DNA of 64,000 bases from the human T2T-CHM13v2.0 reference genome, Homo sapiens: assembly GCF_009914755.1 (NCBI RefSeq), contig NC_060935.1, one strand, 5' to 3'. A model generated the notes under the pieces. The model made no database searches and was not told the DNA's origin. It saw only the letters and a program-made list of their open reading frames with translations. The stretch's first letter is position 1, and every line of letters starts with the position of its first letter. The translations under genes were made by a program, and so were the position numbers. Below, piece by piece: positions 42,935 through 56,674 of this stretch.

Positions 42935-45854
42935 GAAATTTGCTCAGTTAATACTCAACCCCAAAATTTTGTAATTTTTAAACCCCATTTGTCCCCTTGC
43001 CTCTACACCATGTCAAATCTTCCAGGAGGATGCCAGCTGATGCTCCTTTCCTCCTCAAGGTCACACTACCTCAGATGGAAAGCTTCCCTAATGACTGTTC
43101 TGAAGTTGGGGCTTTGGGGTTGCTTATGGGCTAGAGGTTTCCCCAAAGACCACTTGGTTTTGGTGCCACTCTGCATGGGCTCACTCCCAATAACTCCACT
43201 TTGGTCTCCCTTTACTCTGTCGGTGTCCAATGTCTGTAAATTCTCACTGGTTTTGCATTTCTTTTCCTAACTTCAGCTGCCTTCTTCTCCCAGATACAGG
43301 CAGATTCTTCCCTGGCCTTACAATGTATTAATACAATGAGCACCTCTTATCCTTACCAGAATGTAAACTTCCTGAAGGCAAATCTTAAGCAAGCAGTTGC
43401 TGAGTGAATAATGCTTGCCTAACTAGACCCTGTGAGAGACAGGAAGACATAGAAGACCCAGTTCTAGTTTTTGAGGAACTTACACATTTCTTGGTGAGAC
43501 AGTTTATCTCCATACGTTAAAAATCTAAGTGATTTCTTACTGTTTTCTAGTTCTTTACCACACACAACAGTTTCACCGCAGTGTCTTAGTCCATCCTTCC
43601 ATTAATCATGAGAGGAGGTTGGGATTCTAATTCTTTCTTTAGAGATAAGAAAATAGAGCTCAAAGAGGTAAAGGAGACCTGTGTAACTAGAAAACTGTTT
43701 AACTGAAGGTTCATGTTCCTCAGCCCATTGCTTCAAGTAGCATAAGACTGGTAGAATAAGATGATGCCAATTTTCATGATATAAAGACACATATCTCAGG
43801 GCATCAAAGCAAGAAGGAAATGACTGAGCAGAAGGATTAGAAAAGGCTTTCTGAAGGAGGTGATCTCGGGGGTGGGCCAGAGGCCAGTTTCCCACGTCTC
43901 TAGAGTTTCTTCTCCTTGTCTCAGTAGCTGAGCTCCTGGCGGTGCCTGTGGAGGAAAGGTCATGGGCCTGGAGGCCGCATAGCCATCATCAGGTTGAAAT
44001 TTACATGCGGGATGAAGCAACACAAACTGTCCCACTTAGGGGGAAAGCTGTGTGGCTCCATTTCGGAGAATGAGCCCTACACTGTGTGGTTCTTGTCACT
44101 CTCGCATCCCTCCGCCTGCCTTGCAGCTCATCCGCAGCGGGCTTTCTACTCATCACCCTGGCTCCCTGGCCCTGTACTTCCCACCACTTCAGCCCAGAGC
44201 AGCAGGGAATCTGCCAGGTGAAAGCAAAACCTGCTCCAAGCCCAGTAAAGTACCTCTGTCTGTGTTTTCTCAGCATAGATGGAGAGTGGATGGGTCTGCT
44301 TACCAACTGCCCTTTCATGTTTCCTAGCCATCCAAAGGACGGTGCTTGGAGCCAGACAGATTTCAGTTCAAATCCAGCTCCAACTCTTACCTGTTACAAG
44401 ACTGTGGTCAAACTACTAACTTCTTCTAAGTGTCCAATAACTTCAGCCTTAATTTTTTAAAAATTCTAAAAACCAATTTCTATCTATCATATCACTTTTA
44501 TGATCATTTGATGATTGTTGCTTTTATTTTATGACCACTAGACGTTTATAAAAGTCCTGGGGGCCTTTGTAACTGGATGAACAAATGCTCAGCTCATCCT
44601 GTGCCCATCTCTTTCTGTCTGCTCATTTCCCCAGTTTTGCAGTCAAGGTTTGTGCCCCAGTTGGAGTCCACCGGGTCTGTGGGGGTGCTGGTGCAGAGCT
44701 CGGCCTTCTGCCCCGTCCTGGCTTGGGTGGGTCTGCACGGCCCCCTGGGCCGTGGGAAGAGCTCCCTCTGCAGCAGCCAGTGCCTCTTGATTCTCTGGAA
44801 GGAGCCAGCAGCCATCTGTGTGGAAGGACAGGGCCATACTGTGTCCTAACCTTGGTTCTGCCTCCAACTTAAAGTGCGGTTTGAGGAAGTCACCCTCTCG
44901 GGAACTCCAGTTCTTCAGGTTAAAAAAATGGATTTTGAAGAGACTAAGACCTCTTCAGGGCTGTTGGCCAAATTGAGGGGGACAGTGTCCTGTGCTCCAG
45001 GCCACGTGATGAGTGGTGCTTCTAGGAGCTCATCGTACACTCCTCTGAGACCTACACCACATACAGAGGCATCTGAGCAGGGAAGCAGGTGGTTGGTACA
45101 CACGGGTTCCTTGGACCAGAGCAGAGATTCAGGAGGAGCCAAGCCATCCCCTCAGGCCCCAGCCAGGCCATGAGCCCAGCAGGTAAGGCTGGGACACCAG
45201 CCAGTGGGAAGAGTGCAGCAGTGCCATGCCCTAATTGAATCAAAGTCTGACTGCCAGAGACCCTCTGTCTTCGCCTGCCGCTGGCCAGGGCTCTCATGGG
45301 ATTCATGCTATTACCCTGTCAACTCCAGCACACCCCCTCATTTCCCTCCCTGCTTAAGAATGGTTTAAATCAGCAATGCTAGTGCCTCCAAACTTCAATC
45401 TGAAGCCTAAGGTCTCATGTAAGCTAGACTTTGTGCTTGCACTTGACAAACAAAACAGAAACCCCGAGGTTATACATATTACGTGACTGGGTCTCATCTC
45501 TGCTTAGGATTGATTTTCCTCCATTCCCAGTTGCAGGACACCAGAATGATGGGATTATTGTCTTGGGCAATCACACTGTGGCACCTGGCAGCTGCGTCCT
45601 CCACCTCCTTTCTGTGCATACTGCTAAATAGGCAACATCTAGTTCCATTCGGACCCCAGAATCCTCAGCTCTTACAGCACAAATGGGGCATTTGCTCAAT
45701 CCCATTGTAACTGAAAGCACTTTGCAAAGCCAATCTCTGTGTCAGAGGGCGACCTTTCAAAATATGAAAGCGGAAGAGCCTGTCCACACCTGGGATGGCA
45801 GGTGCAGGGCCCGGCCCCTATTCTATGGTCCAGAATTTCCAGCCATAGTGAAGC

Positions 45855-45873
45855 CAGCGCCACCTGCTGTCTA
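45855..45873 (-). promoter_or_regulatory. Candidate CTCF binding site
   Basis: Reverse complement TAGACAGCAGGTGGCGCTG matches the CTCF core CCASYAGRKGGCRS with one mismatch; CpG retained. Confidence 0.6.
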
Positions 45874-48029
45874 GACAGATCGCCACTGATAGTGGAAGGG
45901 AAAAGAAACAGCACAGGGTCTAGACAGGTAAGCACCTACTCAAGTACCGAGACCCACAAGTTCCAAATTGCGCATTCCACTTGCTAATTCCAGGCCTAAT
46001 CACCAAAGCTCTCCTGCATGGACCATGAGCCTTGGGGACACGAGTGGATGAAACTGCTCGACTTCTTGTTGTGTGCCAGTGGGTGCATGCACACGGTGGC
46101 ATGTACTGAATTGATTACGGAAAAATCATTTTTGAGTTGGTTCTTTTGTCTCTCATTTGTTCACTTTCTGAATATATTTAAAATCTTTGTCCATGTCCTT
46201 GCTGCCAGCTCCTACTGCAAGGCCTCAGTAGACCACGTCTGCTCCCCTTGCTCTGTGCTGCCCTTGCTCTGCCAGCCCAGGCAGGGGCTGTCCTCAAACC
46301 AGAGCCTGGAGACAGGCCCATGTGATCTCACCTGGATGGAAAGCCCAGAGGCCGACTCCCACAGCTGGGTGCCTCCTGGAGGATTCCCACCCACCAGGGC
46401 AGAAGCCAAAGTCAAATGCCAGGGCTGTGCTCCTCCCTCTCTACTGCCCTCAGTTTCTCTCAGCTAGGCTTCTCCTGTTCCCCCCACAGCAGACTCAGCC
46501 CAGTTCTGAGCTCCTGAGCTGATGGCAGCAGGGAGGGATGGAGAAAACAGAGCAGGCCGTGGAATCCTCTCCCAGCCCCAGCATGTGCTGGCTGGGCCAC
46601 GGGATGCCTGGCCTTCTCGCTTCCACTCTCTCGTCTCCTTAGCCACCTTCCAGACCAAGATCCATGACGAGGATGCAGGCAGACCCCCAGACACCTGTGT
46701 GGTTCCTGAAGGGACAGCCCCATGCCCCCCACCCTCTCCCTGTCTTGACTCAAAGTTGCTTCTGCAAAGTTTTTCCTCCCTTGGTCTTGATCAATGGCTC
46801 AATTTAGCACCCGATTATTCAGTCCTACGCTTGGCACCACTGAGATCTCGGGACATTTCCTCTTGTTCTTCCCAGCCCCTTCTTCTCCAGCTGCACTTAA
46901 TACCTTGTTTTGCTCCGTGACTGGATCATTTCAGCCTGTGACACTGCATCCTCCTCACATTCTCCAGGAAGGCTCCATGGCTCCCCGTCCCTGAGCTTCA
47001 CAACCTTCACTGTGTGAACGCGTAAGCTGTGGCCCTTCCGTGGCTGAAGGCCTGAACCCAAAGTGCAAAGTGAGATCAATTCTTTCCACCAGTAGATCCT
47101 GCTTTCCAGACAAAACAATATAAACTATCATTGCTGTTGCCAGGAAGCCTCCCTTCACCCACAGTTTGGAGGAGACATTGTGTCAAGCCCTCAGAGTAGG
47201 AGTTACAGGCTCTGCACCCATCCTCTGGGGTTTCCATAGGAGGCACCCAAGAGGTCCACAGACCACAGAGATGGCCAAGCCAGCTAGACCGGAAATACTG
47301 ACCAAAGACAGAAAAAAAAAGTCCTTTGAAAACAAGTCAATGTCAGCTCCTCCCTGAGCCTGTGACATGAGGGGAAGGTGCAGGAATTTCAAGTTTCTTG
47401 GAGACAGGATTAAGGACTGAGAGCGGCTTCCTTCCCAAGTCCTTCTTCCACTGTCAGATACAGGGAAGACAGAATGAAAAGACTGATATGAAAGCGCTTT
47501 GAACTTTTTTAGGCTCAAAGGAGCTTTAAGGATCTAAAGCATTATGATTATCTTTTAGCAGTGTGATAATATTGATTATACAGGGGCCTGGTGGAGTGTC
47601 CCTGGCTGCATCCACAGAGTCCTTGGGAGCTGAAAATATTTATAAGTATTGTTGTGTAAAGGTCCCTGGCAGACTGAGATTCAGAAGGAGATTCATAAAG
47701 GTAGTGCAAGGCCCCGAGGTTAAGTTTTATCTTAATTATGTGTTGGGAAGTGGCTTTCCAGGGTCAGAGCCCCAGGGGAAGAGAAGCAAATGTCCCTTCC
47801 CAGCAGACCCTCACCCTCCTGACAGAAGCATGCTCTGTGTCATCTTTACCTTGGCTTCTGCCTCTGGAATTTATGCTTCTAAGCCTTGGCCTAAGGCTTC
47901 ACCAGGAGAAATTATTATTAATGATAATAATAATAATGGTAAGTCAGCTGACAGCGTCGCTAATGTCCCAGGGGAGAAAGCATAAGAAAATTGCCTCTCA
48001 CATAAACACTTTCTGCTATAGCTGCTGAG

Positions 48030-48260
48030 GTGGGAAGAGCACAGATTTCAGAGTCAGAGAAAATGGGGTGCAAGTATCCGCCCTGATATGTCCAGTCTCT
48101 GGCTAGGCCCTTGACTTTTTTAAGTTCTCAAGTTCCTTATCTGTAAATGTAGGTAATACAAACATCTACTTGATAGTGTTGTAAAATTCCAAGGAGAAGG
48201 AACATTCAGCTGAGTGCCCAGCACGTAATGGCCGTCAAGTGACATTAGGTATTATTAATA
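48030..48260 (+). mobile_element. MIR SINE
   Basis: aagagcacagatttcagagtcagaga...ctcaagttccttatctgtaaatgtaggtaatac...gtgcccagcacgtaatgg...tattattaat. Confidence 0.75.
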
Positions 48261-48444
48261 TTGGCCTTATTGGCAGTCTTTAGAAAGCCTCAGAGTCACC
48301 TCTCAATAATTTTAAAAGGCAGATACGGGAGCCCACACCCAAGATGAATGAATCCAAATCTTTAGGAAGGTGGAATTCAGGTATCTGTATTTTCCTTACT
48401 GTATTATGTGTTACTTTTTTAAAAAAATTAAATTTGTTTTGTGA

Positions 48445-48765
48445 TTTATTTATTTATTTATTTAATTATTTGAGACAGGGTCTCACTCTTTCTCCCAGGC
48501 TGGAGTGCAGTGACACAATTTCGGGTCACTGCAGCCTGAACTCCCAGGCTCAAGCAATCCTCCCACCTCAGCCTCCCAAGTAGCTGAGACTACAGGTCCC
48601 TACAGGTCCATGCTACCACGCCTGACTAAGTTTTGTATTCTTTTTGTAGAGGTGGGGTTTCTCTATGTTACCCATGCTGGTATTGAACTCCTAAGGCTCA
48701 AACGATCCTACTGCCTTGGCTTCCCAAGATGCTGGGATTACAGGCATGAGCCCCCATGCCCGGCC
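48445..48765 (-). mobile_element. AluJ SINE with (TTTA)n tail
   Basis: gagacagggtctcactct...cactgcagcctgaactcccaggctcaagcaatcc...gagcccccatgcccggcc. Confidence 0.93.
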
Positions 48766-48800
48766 TTGTATTTTATATATACACATAAAGAGAGAGGGAG

Positions 48801-49087
<287 letters not shown>

Positions 49088-50252
49088 GAGTGTTACTTCT
49101 GATTCTGGATTTGTACCAAGAATCAGAACCACTTGGCCTCACCCACAGTGTTTGCAAGGCTGCACGTAGATGGTGCTTGTCAATTACCTAGAGTGGTGCC
49201 CAGAACTCAGCGTGGGGAAATCGTGGCATTAGAGAATGTTCTCGGAGCCCAGTCCTCTCCCTGTGGTAGATGGCCTTTCCTGCCTCCATGTGAGCAGTTA
49301 ATCACCTGCAGCAGCAACTTGGTGCTCTATCCTCCCCCAGCATGAACATGAGCCGTTACATGTTGGGGATAATTGAAGGTGAACTACAGAGCTGGATGGA
49401 CTCCCCTGTCCAGAAAACAAGTAACCAATGAGGTAGGAGTTCTACATGGGTTCAAGGCGAGAATTGTAAAGATCGTTTTCTGCTGGTGCTAGGGACATTA
49501 TTTTAGGGATGTGTGATTCTGGCCTTGGAAGCCAACCCTGGTTCAAAGCAATAACTCACATGTAATAAACTTACAGAGTTATGACCCTAGGATCGGAGAT
49601 TTTCTCTTGCTCATCTGGCTACTTTAGCTGCATCAGGTGTTTAAGTGTAGAAATGAGAAACGTTTCAGGGAGATTGCACATACAAAGCTTCCTGTGGATG
49701 CCCAGCCTAATTTACAGTCATTTTTGTTAAATTATCATATGTACTACCATGGTAAGGCTGGAAAACGAGTCCATTCTCTGCTTAGCTTCTAGGTGGAGAA
49801 ATAGTCACAAAGATAAGGCTTTTGCATGTGGACTTATATGGAATTAGGGTTTAGAAAATATAAACAACTTGCTAAACTTTGTCACTTTTCCAATGAGCTA
49901 AATGGAACTTATTCATCCCCTTAATAATGATGTGTATTTGTTGGGGTTTTAAAAGTAAATACACTAGCTATAGAGAAAGCATTACTTGAGTGAATGGATG
50001 TCCTCTAATCAATGTTTGATTTCTGAAGTATGCTTTTAATTTCTCAAAGTGCTTTTACATATATTATCTCATCGATTTACACAATGGTCCTGTGTAGCAG
50101 AGAAGCAGGTATTATGTAATTCCTATATTCTATACATAGAACAGATGCTTAGTTTATTAATTCAGGGGCGTGTAGTACATTTCTAGGGCTTCTGAATTCA
50201 GTCTTCTGAATCTCAAGCCTGTGCCCTTTGTGCAAGTTGACCCTGACCCTTT

Positions 50253-50545
50253 TCTTTTTATTTTTTTATTAGATGGAGTTTCACTTTTGTTGCCCAGGCT
50301 GGAGAGCAGTGGCGCGATCTCGGCTCACGCAATCTCCGCCTCCCGGGTTCAAGAGATTCTCCTGCCTCAGCCTCCCAAGTAGCTGGGAATACAGGCACGT
50401 ACCACCATGCCCAGCTAATTTATCTAGCAGAGACGGGGTTTCACCATGTTGGCCAGGCCAGTTTCGAACTCCTGACCTCAGGTAATCCACCCACCTCGGC
50501 TTCTGAAAGTGCTGAGATTACAGGCATGAGCCACCACAATTGGCC
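50253..50545 (-). mobile_element. AluSq/Sp-like SINE
   Basis: gagtttcacttttgttgccc diagnostic; perfect 12-bp TSD ccctgacccttt at 50241-50252 and 50546-50557. Confidence 0.95.
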
Positions 50546-52259
50546 CCCTGACCCTTTAAAAAAGTTACACCTCCATTGTGAGAAAATATGTATTGTATTA
50601 ATTGGGCATTGGAGGTGGAGGACTGGAAAAGCATAAAAGCGTTTCTTGTGTGACTGCTCAGAGAGAAGGTCGTTTCTTTGTCTCTGTCTCTCTCTGTTTC
50701 ACTCTCATCCTTAGTGGTAACGAATCTTTGTGCATCCTCTTGGGCTCTTTTAAGTGGTTTCCACAGTAGATATAGGGCCACTTTAGATTGCATTTCAAGA
50801 TTGGTTGCTGGAGCAGGAAAAGAGAATATGACATATAGAGTGGCTATCTCTACTGATAAAATAAGATGGGCATGGGGGAAGGGTCACCAATGGGAGTGGC
50901 TCTAGGCATGCTTCAAGGAAGAATAAACAGCCTGACTGGGAAGTCTTTCCCAGTTTTGCAGCAGACTTGAATCTTTTTGGTGTGATCACAATGTCTGACT
51001 TCTCATTGCCTATGCTGTGTGCAAGGTCTGAGCTGCTGATTGGGTCTCATTTTACAGATATCCCAATCATGACCTCCAAATGGATGCCTGATTGTGTCTA
51101 CACCCAAGACATTGGCAAAAGATTCTGAATAATGTGTGGGAAATTCAGAATCTGGCTGCCTGAATCAGATGTGAAACAAAGACTCCAGGGTCTCTGTACT
51201 GAGGACCACAGACTCAGAAACTCCCTTTCCTTTTTACTGTCACCTCCATCCTTGGTTACGGCATGGCCTGAATATCAGCACTGAGTGCATCCCGATGTTA
51301 TAATTACAAGAGGAATTATTATGAGGCAAAACAATAGGCAGGCTGGAAAATGGGGGAGTAGAGGCCTGAATGAGTCCTGCTTCTTTCTGCTTACTTGTCA
51401 AATCCTGTGTCTCAGATATGCCCTCTCCACAGCCATCCTAATTGATAACTCAAGCATCACTCTTTTTTTTCCCTTCTTTTGTTTTTAAGCTGATAAGTGT
51501 GGAATCCAGACTCTGGTCTAGTTTCTTCTTTGTGTCTGCTCTGGCTCAGGCAGAATAGCCTTCTAGTCCGCAGCATGGTCTTTGAAGAGACTTTACAAGA
51601 TTCCTGTACCTGTATTGACCTGCCTTCAGATGTTGGATCTAACTAGTTCATTTTCCAGCCAGCCCCCACTCTTTTGAACTTCCCTTGCTTGCTTTCTCAT
51701 TACCCACCCCTCCCTCTAGCTCAGATACCCAATGTTGCATGGTCCATCTGTACCACTCAATATTCTGGATATCAGCTTAGCCATTCAACTTAGCACTAAT
51801 GCAAACATCCTCATTTACATGGAATGCACAGAAGGTGACATTCTGTCTGTAACAATAGGTTATAATTATCATGTCTCTCATTTGTATTCCATTTTATAGC
51901 TTCTTGAATTGTTTTCACACGCATAACCCCATTTGATTATTCTCAGAGTGTTGAGAGGTGGGCAAATATTCTTTCATTCCTTCACTCACCAAATATTGAT
52001 TGAGGGGCTGGGGAAGCCAAGGTGATGAAGACAGGCAGGCATGATTCCTGTCCTAGTGGAGCTTATATTCTAGACAAAATGGATTTTGATTTGACAGCGA
52101 AACGGAGGCTCAGGGAAGTTAAAAGACTCGAGTCACCCATGCAGTAAGTGCAAGAATGGGGACTGGAACCTGGATCTTCAGATGCTTACCCCAGGGCTCC
52201 CTCTAAGTCTCCTTGCTGTTTCTCAGAGGATGCAGGAAGTCCTCATTCTGCACGTGGGC

Positions 52260-52420
52260 TGTAGTTCAGAAGTCCTTTTTTTAAGCTGAGTACTTAGAAT
52301 TCAGTACACATTTTCCCATAGAAATTATGTTATAAATGGTTACTATGCTACAAGGCCATCCAACAAAAGCCCAGTTAACCCATTGAACCCATAATGTAGC
52401 TGAAGCATGCTATTAATAGG
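52260..52420. mobile_element. Possible old Tigger-type DNA transposon fragment
   Basis: tacacattttcccatagaaattatgttataaatgg...aaaagcccagttaacccat..cataatgtagctgaa resembles recalled ancient Tigger ends. Confidence 0.3.
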
Positions 52421-53124
52421 ACAATTCCTTCCACTGCTACACCATTGGGGAGGAATTTCACTGGACTCATTCAAAATTGATGCTGTGTGAATAAATTCAC
52501 TCTTTGGCCTTTGGATTTCCTCAGTGACTCACTGTAGGCATGACACTGTGCTGGTGTAAGGGGCTCTCTTTCCTCCATTTGCATACTTTCCTCATCTTTC
52601 CTGCTTTCTCTATTTTTGTATGTGTTGCAAGAAGCTAATGTGTATAAGCACCAGGCTTCATTTGTATGGATTGCATGCTACTAAATGAGTAAGTGCTTGT
52701 CTGGCTTAAGGACAAATATATGGCTGTTTCCATAGATACCCGACCTTAATAACTAATTAGGACAACAACACATTTTCCAAAGCCTATTTCAGGGCATCTC
52801 AGATACAGCATCCCACAAATGTCCTGTATTGTAGGTGCATTTTCCTTTTTATTTCTCTGCAGAAGTATCAATAAACAAACTATAATGCCTTTAGTAGAGA
52901 CTAAATGAATAGAAATGAGTTTTACCTGGTGATGTCTTGAAGTAGTGCTAGATAAATAGATTATGCCTCACCTGCTCTTCTGAACAAGAATCAGATGCGC
53001 TCTCCTCAGGGCCACTTCATGAGGAGAAGCCCTGAGTTTCAAATTGAGAGCCAGGGGACATATCTCTTCTCTCTTATTCCCTTCCACTGCCCTCTTCTCC
53101 CATTTGAGGCTTCACTGGGACCTA

Positions 53125-53950
53125 GAACCTGCTTGTTAGGGAGCTGTAGAGTTAGTTATGACCAGCCCAACTCTTCTTTACTTTCAGGTCTTCATAGGAG
53201 GCTGCATCTTTAGTTTTATTTCTGGGTTAGCACCTGAGAGGTGAACCTGCTTGTTAGGGAGCTGTGGAGTTAGTTAAGACCAGCCCAACTCTTCTTTACT
53301 TTCAGATCTTCATAGGAGGCTGCATCTTTAGTTTTATTTCTGGGTTAGCACCTGAGAGGTGAACCTGCTTGTTAGGGAGCTGTGGAGTTAGTTATGACCA
53401 ACCCAACTCTTCTTTACTTTCAGGTCTTCATAGGAGGCTGCATCTTTAGTTTTATTTCTGGGTTAGCACCTGAGAGGTGAACCTGCTTGTTAGGGAGCTG
53501 TGGAGTTAGTTATGACCAGCCCAACTCTTCTTTACTTTCAGGTCTTCATAGGAGGCTGCATCTTTAGTTTTATTTCTGGGTTAGAACCCGAGAGGTGAAC
53601 CTGCTTGTTAGGGAGCTGTGGAGTTAGTTATGACCAGCCCAACTCTTCTTTACTTTCAGGTCTTCATAGGAGGCTGCATCTTTAGTTTTATTTCTGGGTT
53701 AGCACCCGAGAGGTGAACCTGCTTGTTAGGGAGCTGTGGAGTTAGTTATGACCAGCCCAACTCTTCTTTACTTTCAGGTCTTCATAGGAGGCTGCATCTT
53801 TAGTTTTATTTCTTGGTTAGCACCTAAGAGGTGAACCTGCTTGTTAGGGAGCTGTGGAGGTAGTTATGACCAGCCCAACTCTTCTTTACTTTCAGGTCTT
53901 CATAGGAGGCTGCACCTTTAGTTTTATTTCTGGGTTAGTACCTAAAAGGT
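53125..53950. repeat. Tandem repeat (minisatellite/VNTR), 7 x 118 bp
   Basis: Unit gaacctgcttgttagggagctgtggagttagttatgaccagcccaactcttctttactttcaggtcttcataggaggctgcatctttagttttatttctgggttagcacctgagaggt starts at 53125, 53243, 53361, 53479, 53597, 53715, 53833; 1-5 substitutions per copy, no indels. Confidence 0.98.
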
Positions 53951-54916
53951 GGTGAATAGAGTCTTCAACTTCTATCGTCGTCAACAGTTGCATTATAGAA
54001 TCTCCAGATAATAAAACATCACATTTCTAAGTGACCTAGAATTCCTTTAGCGCTGGCAAAGAAGGGACTTCCAAAAATAATAATATATATTAAACATCTA
54101 GCACATGGAGGCATAGTTCTAGGTGCTTTATAAAGATTCTTTTAAGTCTACCTGATAATCAGATATTAAAACTTTTGAGATATTATCAATAAAGATATTA
54201 TCAATTTTAAGGTAAACAAACTAAGCTGAAAAGTTTAGGTGATTTTTCTAAGATCAAAAAGATTGTAAGTGGTAGAGGTGGGTCTTGGAACCAGGAGTCC
54301 ACTGGGCGGCATTACACCAAGAAGTTCAAAGGACTCTGGGAAACAACAAATGTCTCATCTCTTTGATGTCTGTCCAGCATACTTCTGTGGTGTCCAGGAT
54401 AGCCACGCAATTTGATTTATGAACATCCTTAGATCTTGACCCTTTCTTAGAAACTTGGGGAGCAGGAAGAGCTTTTTAAAAATCCTTCCAAATACAGTTG
54501 ATCTATGATGGTTAACTTTGATTCTATCCTTTGTGTCTTATGACAGCTGCCAGTCATTGTTGGCATGAAATGGATTCCTACTTTATCTCTACGACTTAGA
54601 AGCTTTATATGTACACTACCCTTAAAAGAAAAAAAAAAATCTCCAAAACCTACCTACTCAGCATTCTTTTTTTCAAGTACATATGTCTCAGTCCATTTTG
54701 GTGTTTCTATAAAGGAATAACTGAGGTTGAGTAATTTATAAATAGAAGAGGTTTATTTGGCTCATGATTTTGTGGGCTGTACAAGAGCATGGCATCAGCA
54801 TTGGCTTCCGTTGAGGTCTCAGGAAGCTTCCGATCATGATGGAAGGGGAAGGGAAACCAGTGTGTGCAGAGATCACGGGTAAGAAGAAGGAAGCAAGAGA
54901 AAGAAGCAAGGTGCTT

Positions 54917-55447
<531 letters not shown>

Positions 55448-56674
55448 TAAATGACCAGCCCGTAGGGGGACTCTTGTGGGAACTAACAGCAAGAACTCAC
55501 TCATTACTGTGAGGACAGCACCAAAACATTCAAGAGGGATCCACCTTCATGACCCACACACCTCTCATTAGGCTCCCCTCCCACTAGGCTCCCCTCCCAT
55601 ACTGAGGATCACATTTGAACATGAGGTTTGGAGGGTCAGCTGTCCAAACTAGAGCAGCATTCCAAAAGGACTCTGTGCATATATGAGTTGAAACATGCTG
55701 CCCTGTCCTCAGAATGTAATTAAGACCCCCTGTTTCCATTCCTCTCTACTATCTGCTTCCCCCTTTGTAATTGCTGAAGACCTTTATGCCTGGATTTTTC
55801 ATAAATTCATGTTTCTCTCATTTCTAATATAATAATAGGTCAAACATCCTTTGAAATTATAAGCAAATTAAAATTTAAATTGACGTGATTTATATGAAAG
55901 GATCGCCAGGCAGATATATGAAAAGACTACAGTGGAAAGTGACTCTGGGTTCCTGGATTAGAGAGATGTATAATTTTATGACTGCTAATCAGCTTCGTCA
56001 ACGTATGTTAATTTACTGCTTGGGTCATCCGGGATCTCTTCCCCTCCCAGACTTAGCATCCCCGGCTGACTTTTGAGTGAGTTCAAATTTCCTTGGGACC
56101 ATTGATTACTGCAATTACTGGGAGAATGAGAAAAGATTTTGGAGAGCTAAGTCAAGCCCTGTACGCTCTCAGTTGGCTTGTAAGTCAGGTGACCAAATGC
56201 ATTGCTAACAGTATTTGCAGAACAACAGAAAAAAAAAAAAGCCTCCTTGTTGATATTTGTGGTGTTTCATTTTTAGCTAATGTAAGTCTAGAAATAAAAT
56301 GGTCTGCTGAGATCTTTACTGATATGTATTTCATAACAACCACTGAGCAATTCACAGTTGAATTGATGAGCTATCAGGGTTATGTGTTTCTGTAAAACAG
56401 AGACATCTACCTTGGAAAAGCTTTCTCCAGGGAAACAGACCTATTTGAGCTAAAGTAAAACAAGATTAAAGTGTGATTAAAGTGCTGCAAATACGACCTA
56501 CGTGGAAAGGTTGGAAGAACTGGGATTATTTAACCTGGGACAGAAAAGCTGCAAAGAGATTTCAGGAAAACTTCAAGTGTCCAAAACCCTGACTCCACTC
56601 AGTGCTTTCCTTGGCCTCCATAGATTATAGAGCAGCAAGCATGATCTTAAGCTGTATTATTAGGGTTTTAGGTC

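Noticed and set aside
53125-53950. Possible CRISPR-like or telomeric array
   Set aside because: No unique spacers (pure tandem units), eukaryotic context, and only one TTAGGG per unit
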